From Octopus sinensis (Eukaryota), in the NCBI RefSeq assembly GCF_006345805.1, contig NC_043008.1:34596001-34660000 (forward strand): DNA of 64,000 nucleotides, written 5' to 3'. The notes under the pieces were generated by a model that worked only from the letters and a program-made list of their open reading frames with translations, did no database searches and was not told where the DNA came from. The translations under genes and the position numbers were made by a program. Shown in pieces: positions 51,514 through 63,837 of this stretch. Position 1 is the stretch's first letter. Each line of letters opens with the position of its first letter.

Positions 51514-51726
51514 TATATACATATATATATATATATGCACATATATATATGCACATACATATATATATACACATATATATATATGTGTATATATATATGT
51601 ATGTGTGTATATATATATATGTGTGTGTATATATCATCATCATCATCATTAGACGACGATGATGATATATATACACACATATATATATATATATACACAC
51701 ATATATATATACACATATATATATAC

Positions 51727-51798
<72 letters not shown>

Positions 51799-51800
51799 CA
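51470..51800. repeat. (TA)/(TG)/(CA) compound microsatellite
   Basis: Direct reading. Confidence 0.95.
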
Positions 51801-52184
51801 TGGCTTTTGACAGACAAAGCTTTGCCTGTGAAAGTAATAGGTAATTTGTCTTTGATAAAGCTGGATTAATGGCTTTTAGTGGTCAGAGAACTGTAAGCTT
51901 GTTGCAGCAGATCTTTCTCTGCTTTGTGATTTGCAAAGGCATAGCTGCGTTCAAGAACTCAGCATAATTGAATGAGCAGAGTTGCAAAGGACTTTATTCA
52001 GGGTTCGGTAAGTGAAACGACAGCAATGGTTCTTGGGTCTCTCCAATTACTAAGTGAGAGAAAACACTGTATGCAGGCCACATACACCTTATATGCAAGT
52101 CAATCACTTGGATTAAATTTCCATCTCAGGGCTAGGTAATACTTGCAGTCCCTGCACTTACTTCAGGCTTAAGTTCCACCCTAA

Positions 52185-52190
52185 AATCAT

Positions 52191-52231
<41 letters not shown>

Positions 52232-52287
52232 CTACCTACCTACCTACCTACCTACCTACCTTCTTATCTATCTACCTACTTACTTAC

Positions 52288-52330
<43 letters not shown>

Positions 52331-52394
52331 CTTACCTACCTACCTACCTACCTACCTACCTACCTACCTACCCACCTACCTATCTATCTATCTA

Positions 52395-52443
<49 letters not shown>

Positions 52444-52454
52444 ATATCTATCTA

Positions 52455-52541
<87 letters not shown>

Positions 52542-52550
52542 CTTTCTTTC
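52185..52550. repeat. (TC)/(TATC)/(TACC)/(TGTC) compound microsatellite
   Basis: Direct reading. Confidence 0.95.
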
Positions 52551-53329
52551 TCTCTAGCAAACACATACATACACAAGCATGTCCACACACACACACACAT
52601 ACACACAGAGGCATATTTTGGATTTCATCCAGGAAAAAAATGTCCATCCACCATAATAAATCTTCTTTCAACAAACACACTTCACACACTGGCAGACTGT
52701 TGAACAGATTCCTGTCTCTTTCTGCCTCTTCTATGGCTACTACAACAGCCTCGCATCTCCTCAAACTATTTACAACACAAAACAATACTGCCATCCTGTT
52801 TTTCTTCAACAGAGTCGTACTTCTCCACACAAAGTCTGTTTCTGTTACTCTTTCCATATACCAGACAAAAGAAGATATAAATTGAATTTGAGACATTGTA
52901 ATTTCCATCTAATTCTTTGGAGAAGCTGCTTTCTGTCCTTCTTCAGAAGATGATTGACTATCTCTGGCAATAATCAGCTTTGTTTACATCGTACATATGC
53001 GTATAATAGAGAGATGAAAACATAACTGTGCAAAAAGTATATCACATCTTTTTTTTTTTGTTTGTGTCTATTGAAGTATCAAAAGATTGGGTCTTGCAGA
53101 TCAATAACTTCAAGACTGTAGTCACCATTTTAAATGCAAATGTATCGTTCAATAGAAAGAATATTCTTCGTGGCAACATCATAGGTTTAGGAAAAGAGGA
53201 TTAGAAAAGGTTTTTATGATACCACTCACAACCACTCACACGAAAATATAGAAATATTTAATCCACTTTGAACATTTTGATATATCATTGAATATTCATG
53301 TGTAAGTTGTTTCATTTACACCAGGGGGA

Positions 53330-53414
53330 GACAGACATACAGACAGAGAGAGACAGAGAGACAGAGACAGAGACAGACAGAGAGAGAGAGCGTCAGAAAG
53401 AGAAAAAGAGAGAG

Positions 53415-53461
<47 letters not shown>

Positions 53462-53465
53462 AGAG
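53330..53465. repeat. (GA)/(GAGACA)/(GAAA) tract
   Basis: Direct reading. Confidence 0.95.
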
Positions 53466-53684
53466 AACATTGTTCATCGAGAGAAGAAAGAATCATTGTT
53501 ATCTTCTTACAGCAAGAAATGGAATAGTTTAGGATTAATTTTTGTGAGTCTAATATTTTGAATTCTCCAGAGGCGTTCTGCTTAGACAAAATAAATCAAT
53601 ATTTTTGAATCCACTACAATGGTAAGCATCATGGAACAGCTGTAAGTTATAGGAGAAGCAACACTGTGATATGGCTTTCATTAC

Positions 53685-53770
53685 CTGTTTTGGATCATGC
53701 CAGTTCTATTCACTAATGGTTTCTGGATCTGCATGAACATCAGAAAACTGGGTTTCCACCTGGTGTAGAC
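53685..53770 (-). other. Candidate 86-nt exon
   Basis: gttattttag|GTCTACACC...AAAACAG|gtaatg; one frame open (VYTRWKPSFLMFMQIQKPLVNRTGMIQN); protein not recognised. Confidence 0.25.
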
Positions 53771-55264
53771 CTAAAATAACGTGCTTTTGTCAGAAATCAA
53801 TATTTTGAATTCCCAGCAGAGGGGAGATGTTGCAAACAACAACAGCAAGAACAAGAGAGAGAGAGAGAGAGAGTGGTGGTTATAAATTGTTGATTAGCCC
53901 TAGGTCATCTTTGCTTGAGCAGACCTGTGATAAATAGAATTTCAGTCATAACCATTGAAATTTCTTTTTTTGGTATATTTAGCACTGTATTATCTAATGT
54001 CTCCTTTCCTTATTTAAGATGGTAGGGCATGATTCAAGGGAGATTTTGCTGCTATTTCTTGCAGGTCAAATGACTAAGTAGAGAATCTCTATCTGGTTCA
54101 TTAACCAGTTATATGTTGTTGTTGTTGTTGCTGTTGTTGTTTAACCACAGTTCAACACTGGCTGAGTAAGTTTATCATCAATAGTGTTCCATTGAGAGAC
54201 CATTATCAAGTAACAATTCTCTTGTTGAGTTTCTTATCTGTTATCATCATCAACATCATAAAACATCCAAATTTACAAGCTTGTGTGGTTCAGATGGAAA
54301 TTTTTGAAGCAGATTGTCACAATCTGTCGGCTGTTGGTCTTGTTTGTGGTGGTAATTGATTGAATTGATGAATGGAAATATGTTTCTTAGACTGTGTGTA
54401 GAAGTAAGTGAACAACACTCATGAACATTTAATGGAAAATTTTATCATCGCATATAAAGACAAACTGCATTAACCTTTAACTGATAACAACAGCAATAAT
54501 TACATACTAGGAGAGAGGCATGCAAGCTTCTGATGCAGTAATATGCAGCTGGCCCAACACAACTGGAAACAGTTGTGTTATATTTGTGGTGCTGGAAGTT
54601 CCTGTCATCTATCTGTCCGATCTGTCTTAACCACCTTCCTGGTTGTCTGGCTGGTAAAAATGTGTGCCAACCGGTTTTTGTTGGGTGCTAGAAGTCAAAT
54701 TCTAGAATATTTGAGAAAACGTATCCATGTTATCACTTCACACTGATTGGTCAGTTAACTTTTTAAATTCCTTTGTCAAATGTAATACTTATCTATTCAC
54801 ATAGTTTTGAATTAATCATGCATTATCTTAAAGCTTCAAGATTTCAATGGAGTGTTTGTATACTTTTAGAGTGACATCATAGGGTAGGTGTGAGTAGCTT
54901 GATCTGGTCAGTTGTAACATAAAACAGGTGTAATATTTGGGCCAGATATAGCTGGATTAAATGCTAAAAGCTTAATAGACCAAATACATGAAACAATAGT
55001 GGTTTGCTCATGATGTTTGATGGTGTATCCAGGGATTTGGTTTCAAATTCCCACAACACCAGTTTTAACAATTTCCATCTGTTTCCAAGCAAAGTAATAT
55101 TTTCCCATAGTCACACATGCCCTTTACAGAAGACTGGAAATGGACAACCTCACTTCTATGATGATGATGATGCTCATACAACCATCACATGATGATGTCA
55201 AGACAAAGGTATACTCAAATGCACACACACACACATACATATTTTTATATATATAACCTCCTTT

Positions 55265-55854
55265 TATCTCTTGCCTTTCTTTTATTTGTTTGGGGCATTA
55301 GACTATGGCCATGATGGGGCACCACCTTGAAGGACTTTAACTAAACAAATCAATCTCATTACTTATTTAAAAAGTTTTATTTTAAGACTGCTTCTTATTC
55401 TATCAATCTTTTTTGCTAAACTGCCAAGTTACAGAGATTAAACACACTAATACTGATTGTCAAGCAGCGGTGGGGAACAAACACAGACACCAAAACACAC
55501 AGACACACATATATGATATATACATTTACCTACACAAATATATGTGCATATGTATATATATATCTTTATATATAAAAGAGAAGTTGTGTGTCTGTCTCCT
55601 ACGATTTAGTTTCCTAACTACTCCCACATTTTGCGGTGCAGTTTAACCAAAACCGGGTATCTTATAGTCGTGATTCATATCCCTTCTAGGTATTAGCGCA
55701 TGTCTACGATGAGTCTATGATTTAAAAAAATTTACCATCATTTTTTTCCATTTTAATGCATTTTTTCACTATTATATAAGGGAAGTAACTCTCTAAAAAT
55801 GCTTATATAGTTATTTCCCTTACAAACCCGAGCAACGCCGGGCGATACTGCAAG

Positions 55855-55894
<40 letters not shown>

Positions 55895-56160
55895 TATATA
55901 TACACACACATATATATACATACATATATATATACACACACATATATATACACACACATATATATATACACACATATATATATATACACGCACACACACA
56001 TGATACACTCCTTTCAGTTTCCCTCTACCGATTCCACTTAAAAGGCTTTGGTTAACCTGAGGCTATAGTAGAAGACACTTACCCAAGATGCCATGCAGTG
56101 GGACTAAACCTAGAACCATGTTGTTGGGAAGCAAATTTCGTATCACACAGCCACATCTGC
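55265..56160 (-). mobile_element. SINE family A split by a Helitron in its TA tract
   Basis: 3' half at 55265-55510, 5' half at about 56005-56160. Confidence 0.8.
55563..55854 (+). mobile_element. Non-autonomous Helitron (292 bp)
   Basis: A|TC start (TCTTTATATATAAAAG); subterminal hairpin CCCGAGCAACGCCGGG at 55827-55842; ends CAAG|T (CTAG variant); no TSD, AT target. Confidence 0.85.
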
Positions 56161-56299
56161 CCCATATATGATATCTCTTTTGGTACCCTTTTCTGTCTTT
56201 GAGTCATTGGGCAGTGACCATGCTGGAGCACTGCCTTGGAGGAGGGTTTTAGTTGATCATATCAACATGATGCTTTCAAGTCTTGTACTTGACAATCAA

Positions 56300-57758
56300 G
56301 AGATGGGATCCCATCAAGAGTTATGTCCTCTGTCCCCCAAAAAAGCCGCGAGTGAGTGGTGACTGCCAGTAAAAGTGGGATTTAGGTGCAGGCAGTGTAG
56401 GGTTGATATATGTGTAGGGAGATTTGGAGGGAGAGGCTGGGCAGGTGCCTGATCCTTTAAAATCATGTTTGGCTTTATATACATTTGTCTGTTTAGGTGT
56501 GTATGGTTTGGTGTGGTCAAACCTTTGCTGAATTCTCAGGCTCTGATGATAGAAGGACAATGGTGGAAATTGTAGTAATTATAATTATGGTGGAACCCAT
56601 GTAATTTCTTTCATGTAGGCATAAGTGAAAAATTTCCTTCTTGCAATTCATGATGTTCCTTAGTTAGGCATAGCCTGTACATGTTACAACTGTTGTTATT
56701 TTCATTTCTCCTGTTCTTGTCATTTAATGAAGTCTATGGCTCTTTCCTTTGATGACCATAAATGCCAAATCAGGGCTGTGAAACTGTGTCTCTCCTGGAT
56801 ATTAAAGGAAGTTGTTAATCTAGTTCTGAAAGGGCCTTCAATTGTGCCCACATACTTCAGCACAATTGATTGCCTGCTAGGGTCCTTTGGCATCACCTCT
56901 GCTTCATATGTGAGTGTCCTTGTATTGTAGTGGCTGTTAAAGAAACATGTGGTGTTGCTTCTGCATGAGTATTCTCAGGTATGAGTCCACCTACTAATAT
57001 TTTCTTCATGCTAGGTGCACAGCTAAAAGAAACTCTTAAAGCATGTTTTAAAGTTCTTAAATATTTTATAGAACCTATTAATCCAGTGAAGGTGTTTATC
57101 CACTATACTAAGCATAATCTTGCCTACACAAGCTTTTATACTTAGGGAGAGAGGGGTGTAAACCACAACATTTTCCAGTGACATTTTCTCTTGTTGAGGT
57201 TAGGGTCAGGTGTGAAACTAATCCTATTATTAACATTGCTGTCAGACAGGGCCTTGTTGCAGTACAGTGGTGTTGAAAAACTCATTACTTGAAAGACAGT
57301 TTGGAGATTCTTCTGCTGACCCTCTTCACTAGGTTCCTGTACGCTACGACTGGATGACAGGCAGCTGTTTAACATATGTCAGCCTCTCAGCTTTTCATTT
57401 GGCTTCCTAAAGGACCTATAGGTACCAGGTTCTAAGTCTAAGTCATATTGAGCAAATCAATCATCTTCATGTTGGTTTCTATTGTGACCTTGAAACCAAG
57501 AGAATTCAGTGTGTGGATTAGGTCCTTCATAAGCCTATTGAATGTGAGGCTATTCATTCTCTTTGATATCATCTCTGTAGAGGTCAAAGCTAGTTGAGGG
57601 AATTTCTTATTATATAAATCTCAGATAAAAAGGTTAACAAGATTGCATGCATCAGCTTTGTCAAAGGTGCCATTGAATCTTCTTTATCATTGTACTTGGA
57701 TCTGGCTAATCCATCCCTTGTTGAAAAGCTGGGATTTTCTGGCATGTGTCTCTAATCT
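56300..57758 (-). mobile_element. Second Penelope-like element, different type from 14137-15988 (RT, linker, GIY-YIG), decayed
   Basis: HARKSQLFNKG; GTFDKADACNLV; LYRDD; GFKVTIETN...LDLEPGTYRSFRKPN; YCNKALSDS...WFTP; ALRVSFSCAPSMKKIL; TYEAEV...KYVGTIEGPFRTR...LIWHLW; RLCLT. Confidence 0.85.
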
Positions 57759-58050
57759 CGATGTAGTTTTTTGCCATGTGGGTGGTTCTGCCAGGGCTAA
57801 CCAGTGTGGTATGCTACTGTTCCCATTGAGAGCTTGTTGGTACAGATTGATAAGACATGGTTGGTAGAAGGTTAGCTTTTTGTACCAATATCCAACAATC
57901 AAGTCTCTTCCAGGTGCTTTTCCATCCTGGAGTTTCTGGATCACAGTTGCAAGAGTTTCACCATCAATGCTGTATGTCTTGTAATGCTTCCACAGGGAAT
58001 CCTAGATTTTATCCAAGGTTGTGTCATTGAATTTTACTATTGCTGTTAGC
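57759..58050 (-). mobile_element. R4/Dong-like RT N-terminal fragment
   Basis: KAPGRDLIVGYWYKKLTFY...IPHWL and THMAKNY, typical of R4-clade RT domains 0-1. Confidence 0.7.
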
Positions 58051-59089
58051 CCCAATTCAAATCTGATTAAGCAGACCTAAAATCAAAGGTGTTCCAGTTA
58101 TGATATTCTTGTCTTTATTTTTCATACACAGTGTAACTAGGACTTCAATATCTAATGCTATTTCCCTTTTTTAAGACATATTTTAAAGTAGGGTATGATT
58201 TAAGGATGATTTTGGCTGCTATTTCTACTATGTCATTTATGTAGAGATCTTTTAAAACTATTTAGGATTTGTTTTCTTTGATACAAATATGATTTCAATA
58301 AAAAGAGAATTTATGGATGCGCAGTGTCAAAATCCCTTTTAGACCTAATTTGACCATTCCTGTAAATAAGGCGTTTTTAGTTTTCATTTTCATACTTTAG
58401 GGTTGGTTTTACTTAAATGCTTGCTTCTGAAATGTCCCTCAACCCAGTGCAAAAGCCTTTAAATGATTGTTCTACCAGCTAGAAATAGCTATCAAGTACT
58501 TCTCAAACCAAACCAATTTAAAAAGGGAACACATTGGATAACATAGCCTAGGGTACATTATGTCCATAAAAATAAAGACGTTATGGTCATGGTTGGAATA
58601 TCTTTGATCAAAGATCTGCTCAATCAGGCCAATTGGGAGTAATCAGCAATATCAAAAACATGACATCTCTTGCAAGCACAGACATGTTAGTTGTATGTGC
58701 TAGCTGGTGTCTCTAATGTATAATTATACATTCAACACAACTATGATGAGACTTTAATACCAGTTAATATAGCACTCTTTATCATGACAGTCTCCACATA
58801 TTCACATACTGCACAATCCTGCCTACCCCTCAGATTCTATGGGACTTCAAGTCAGGTGACTGATAGGTGCTCTTGTAGTCCTCAGACAGATAGAGATAGA
58901 TAGAGAGAGAGAGAAGAGGAGTGATTAAAGAATTTAGTGAGTATGGAGACTAACTGTAAGTACATTGTTTGAGAACAATAGAAGAGGCATTGTTGAAGCC
59001 AATACTCATGTTACTTTGGAGTAACTGGAGATACTCATTCACATACAACCTAAGCACCTACCAAATCTGCACTTATTCTCTAGTGGGAC

Positions 59090-59330
59090 CATGCCAATAT
59101 TGTCTCTTTGGACAACAAAAATACAATCACTGCACTTAAACCTTGCAAATGCAGTGGGAAGATAGGGTAGACAAAAGGAACAAATAAAGTATCTAGCATT
59201 AGCGACAAATGAGTTGCGAGAGAAACTATTCTGTGATCTCTTTGACCAAAAGGTGACAAGAGAACCTCTACGACATGGTCATTCGACCCCAAGAAGGAGC
59301 TTCTATGAATTGGTGAATTGAGTTAATGTG
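59090..59330 (+). mobile_element. Possible Hero-like endonuclease-domain remnant
   Basis: MQWEDRVDKRN..KY resembles VPWEDR.EE..ERK..KY. Weak. Confidence 0.3.
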
Positions 59331-59449
59331 GGTAGGATTAGGTCACCGAAGCTAATGAGACGGGTAGTATGACATGGACTCTCGAGCCAATGAAAGAGCC
59401 TAACTTCATCTCATTAAAACATGAAACTAGAATTATTGTAATTTCATAT

Positions 59450-59840
59450 TTTTCTTTTGCAGGTTTCAGTCATTAGACTGCAGCCATGCTGGGGCACCAG
59501 CTTGAAAAATTTATAGTACTTACCTATTTTTTTTAACCAGCTACTTATTCTATCAGCCTCTTTTGCCAAACTGCTAAGATATGGGGATGTAAACACACCA
59601 ACACCTGTTGTCAAGTGGTGGTTGGAGACAAACACAGACATAATGACGTGCACACACACACACACGCACTCACACACACACACATACACAGAGTGTTTCT
59701 GTCAGTTCCTGTCTACCAAATCCACTCAGCCTGAGGCTATAGTAGAAGACACTTGCACAAGGTGCCATGCAGGGGAACTGAACCCAGAAACCATGTGGTT
59801 GGGAAGCAAGCTTCTTACCACACAGCCACACCTGCACCTA
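59450..59840 (-). mobile_element. SINE family A, older
   Basis: Similarity to other family A copies. Confidence 0.85.
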
Positions 59841-60122
59841 CACCTGCTTAAAGCCTGAAACTAGAGCCATTGTAATTAATTCAAATGATGTTGGTCTTCA
59901 GCATCCTGGCATATACACATCCTTAATATAGCAAAGCTGACATCCAGAGGGAACATTAACAATATCAATCTCAATGGTGTTGGAGGCCTTGTGAAGGCTT
60001 GGGGCACAGTCCCTGCTTTCAGATCAAATTAAGAAAAAAGAAAAAAGTCCGGTAAACCTTGCCATAATTGTGTCTTATTATTTTTATTAAAAATATTTAT
60101 TTTTTATTATTATTATTATTAT

Positions 60123-60530
60123 TACTCTTTTACTTGTTTCAGTCATGTGACTGTGGCCATGCTGGAGCACCGCCTTTAGTCGAGCAAATCGATCCCAGGA
60201 CTTATTCTTTGTAAGCCTAGTAATTATTATATCGATCTCTTTTGCCAAACCACTAAGTTACGGGAACGTAAACACACCAGAATTGGTTGTCAAGCGACAT
60301 TGGGGGGGACAAACACAGACACACAAGCATATATACACACATGCATACATATATATACATATATACGATGGGCTTCTTTCAGTTTCCGTCTACCAAATCC
60401 ACTCACAAGGCTTTGGTTGGCCCGAGGCTATAGTAGAAGACACTTGCCCAAGGTGCCACGCAGTGGGACTGAACCCGGAACCATGTGATTCGTAAGCATG
60501 CTACTTACCACAAAGCCACTCCTACGCCTA
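60123..60530 (-). mobile_element. SINE family A between (ATT)n tracts
   Basis: Full-length similarity to other family A copies. Confidence 0.9.
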
Positions 60531-60534
60531 TTAC

Positions 60535-60583
<49 letters not shown>

Positions 60584-60585
<2 letters not shown>

Positions 60586-60800
60586 GAAGGCAGTAAGCTG
60601 GCAGAATTGTTAGCATGCTGGGCAAAATGCTTTGTGGCATTTCATCCATCTGCATGATCTGAGTTCAAATTCCACTGAAGTTGACTTTGCCCTTCATCCT
60701 TTTGGGGTTGATAAAATAAGTACCAGTTGAGTATTGAGGTTGATGTAATTGACTACCCCCCTCCCCTAAATTTCAGGCCTTATGCCTTTAGTAGAAAGGA
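60584..60800 (+). mobile_element. SINE family B with (ATT)n on both sides
   Basis: AGGCAGT-AGCTGGCAGAA..GTTAGC (A-box-like), GAGTTCAAATTCC (B box), GACTTTGCC-TTCATCCTTT-GGGGT-GATAAAATAAGTACCAG. Confidence 0.85.
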
Positions 60801-60823
60801 TTATTATTATTATTATTATTATT

Positions 60824-61260
60824 GAGTGAGAGAGCAGTGCATGCCATCAAAGTGACACTGGGGTAAAATATACGAAGCCCAATATACCCATAATGACTAC
60901 CCATCTGATAAGGGTAAACCAGGCACATGCATCACAACCATATGTGCGCGACATGGTGATCTCATATCAAGATAAACAGCACATGACCTTGCAGGTGGGG
61001 CCTAGTTAGAATTTTCTTCATGTTGAGTAGCCCATCCCGCTCAAAAGGTCCCTGAATAAGGATTGTTTAAGGATGTTGAACGAAACACCCATGTTTCCAA
61101 AGGTGAATTATCCAAACCTCTAAGAATCCCTCTCAACACATGGCTATGATGCTCCCCCACTACTTCTGCTCATAGTCAGAGATGCACATATCATCAGCCA
61201 CTAAGAGACATGCTCAACTGATTAAGGTCAAACAACTGACAAGCGAAGCTGTGGTATTGA
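60824..61260. mobile_element. Unclassified about 437-bp element between (ATT)n tracts
   Basis: Sharp boundaries against ATT repeats; higher GC than surroundings; no ORF and no tRNA head seen. Confidence 0.6.
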
Positions 61261-61297
61261 ATTATTATTATTATTATTATTATTATCATTATTATTA

Positions 61298-61713
61298 TTA
61301 AGGCAGGTGAGCTGGCAGAATCATTAGCATTCTGGACAAAATGCTTAGTGGCATTTCATTTATCTTTACATTCTCAGTTCAAATTCTGCTGAGGTTGACT
61401 TTGCCTATCATCCTTTCAGGGTCAAGAGAATAAGCATCAGTCAAGAAACTGGGGTCAATGTAATCAACTAGTCTCCTCCCCCAAAATTTCAGGCCTTATT
61501 ATTAAAGCTCAGACTAGCAGAATTATTAGCTTAGTGGAATTCCATCTGTCTTTATGTTCTGAGTTCAAATGCTACCTCAGTCAACTTTGCTTTTCATTCT
61601 ATCAGGGTCAATAAAATAAGTACTAATCAAGAGCTGGAGTCAATGCAATCAACTAGTCCCCTCCCTCTAAATTTCTGGCCTTAGAAAAAAAGGATTATTA
61701 TTATTATTATTAT
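61298..61713 (+). mobile_element. Two tandem SINE family B copies
   Basis: Similarity to 60584-60800. Confidence 0.85.
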
Positions 61714-62200
61714 TTTATGTTTGACTTTTGCTTTACATTTGTACAAGTTGGCTCCAAGTCTCACCCAGAGACCTCAAGAGACAACAAGTTGGAAGTTCAT
61801 TTTGGTCTTATGCCTAGGGTGCCATATATTTGGTTTTGTACATAGTGTTGTTCTAGAGAATGTTTAAGAAACCATAAGAAAATTATGTTTGTTTTGAAAT
61901 TTGAGATTACATAGAAAGTATTTTGCATAGGATATGAGCAGTTCCCATGAGCACTATCTTTTGAATTTCTGCCATTTTGGGGTTTCCTGGTATCTGAGCT
62001 AGGTAGCAATCAGCCCATTTTGCTATCATTCCCAGGGCACCTATGACAACAGGTATTGTTTTAGTCTTCAGGTTCCACATTTTGCTAATTTCTATTTCAA
62101 GATCTTTATATTTGCTCAGTTTTTGATAGGTCTTGACAGATACGTTTATATCGATTGGGACAGTCATATCAATGTGGAGGCATGATTTTTGTCTGAAGTT
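61714..62200 (-). mobile_element. R4/Dong-like LINE 3' end (restriction-like endonuclease C-terminus and 3' UTR) in (TAA)n
   Basis: CLHIDMTVPIDINVSVKTYQKLSKYKDLEIEISKMWNLKTKTIPVVIGALG...LMGTAHIL; (ATT)n on both flanks. Confidence 0.88.
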
Positions 62201-62232
62201 TATTATCATTATTATTATTATTATTATTATTA

Positions 62233-62267
<35 letters not shown>

Positions 62268-62288
62268 TAAAAAACATCATTATTATCA

Positions 62289-62560
62289 GTGAGGATGCAT
62301 GGCCTAGTGGTTAGGGTGTTGCACTCACAAGTGAGAGATTGTGGTTTCAATTCCTAGACTGGGTGGTGCGTTGTGTTCTTGAGCAAGACACTTCATTCCA
62401 CGTTGTTCTGTGATCACTTCAACACCTGATGCATCATACACAGTGCACCTGTTCAGATAATGTCAATTTGATGGAGAAAGTGAACTAATGTACTGCACAT
62501 ACATTTGATTGCTATAAACAAATCATTTGTTGCAGGTCATTCGACAAAAGTCCATCATCA
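62289..62560 (+). mobile_element. SINE family C
   Basis: GGCCTAGTGGTTAGGG, GGTTTCAATTCC, TGTGTTCTTGAGCAAGACAC. Confidence 0.8.
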
Positions 62561-62821
62561 TCATCAGTAGTAGTTGTAGTCGAAGAACTTGTAATGGATA
62601 AGAATGGTGACATTCTTTGGGAAACTCTTGTCTTTTACAAGGCAAACTAACTGGTCTGTTTTGGAGGACTTTTGGTCCAGAGTCTACCATCAATAACTTC
62701 CAGAAATCCTTGGTCTGGCAGTGCCATCAACAGGCACTACTGGTTCAAAATAAACTTTAAAGACATGGAACTACTGCCAAACGGAACTGTCTGAGATGCA
62801 CACAGAGCAACAACAGCTGTA

Positions 62822-63335
62822 GTGGAGGCGCAATGCCCCAGTGGTTAGGGCAGTGGGCTCGCGGTCATAAGAGCGCAGTTTCAATTCCCAGACAGGGCAT
62901 TGTGAGTGTTTTTATTGAGCAAAAACACCTAAGCTCCACGAGGTTCGGGGGTGAACCCCGCTGTACTCTTTCACCACAACTTTCTCTCACTCTTTCTTCC
63001 TACTTCTGCCACAAAGCAGAGGAACCATGGTGTAACCCACTATGTTGTGGTAAACTTTCAGACCCTAGTCTAGATTGCGAATCCTCTGTACCCCAGGATG
63101 GTTCAGCTCTCCACCCGTTAAAAGACACCGTTATGGAAGGAAGATGACAATGTAGCTTTCGTGCCCATGCAACATCCAGTCTATCACGTGTGATGGGTGG
63201 ATCTTCAAGTTGCCAAACACATTCCTAGTAGCTTAGAGTAGGATAGAAGAAGAAGAAGAAGAAGAAGAAGAAGAAGAAGAAGAAGAAGAAGAAGAAGAAG
63301 AAGAAGAAGAAGAAGAAGAAGAAGAAGAAGAAGAA
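62822..63335 (+). mobile_element. SINE family D head joined to a different 3' segment ending in a long (GAA)n
   Basis: Matches 13361-13672 up to TTTCTCTCACTCTTTCTT, then diverges. Confidence 0.65.
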
Positions 63336-63339
63336 AACA

Positions 63340-63830
63340 GCTGTACTAATCACACTCATACAAAAGCCTAAGCATTCCTAACTTATGGAGTTATGTCAAC
63401 GTCTGCTTTTGTTATGTACAAGATGAATCTGGCTATTGGCTGAGTTTATTGTGAGGATCATCTCACTTTTAACAACACAGGGCAGGTGACTATGTCAAAA
63501 ACAGTTGTGGGGAGGACCAGGCTAAAAGGATTGAGCACAGAAACCTTCCTCTTTGGTCAAACTCTGACATTTTTTAATTTTCACTTGGAAAGAAAGGTGT
63601 GGATGGAGAGAGATGTGTTCTTCCCCTGGGAATTTGTCAAAAGGTGGGTGACTTTAGTATAAATGGTCAGGGTGAAAGTAACAATTCAAAGAGAAATGAA
63701 CAGTTGTACGAGAGCCTGTGCCTTTGGTGGTCAGGGTGGCCCTGAATCTTTGGAATTTCTTGATTGGCCCTAGTTAGAAGCTCTCCTGTATCAGAAGGAT
63801 TGCATTGTCCATATGTTTGCATATTTTGTA
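63340..63830 (-). mobile_element. Possible old LINE RT remnant
   Basis: SVLNP (QGSVLSP-like) followed by a frameshifted DD-LTI. Weak. Confidence 0.3.
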
Positions 63831-63837
63831 TTTTATG

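Noticed and set aside
51939-52007. 69-nt plus-strand segment with AG and GTAAGT boundaries
   Set aside because: Stop codons in all three frames
52528-52908. 126-aa minus-strand ORF
   Set aside because: No recognisable domain; ends in microsatellite; no convincing splice sites
54391-54403. Plus-strand 13-nt microexon candidate with GTAAGT donor
   Set aside because: Frame-shifting and no nearby TGC; shows that microexon-like patterns arise on both strands
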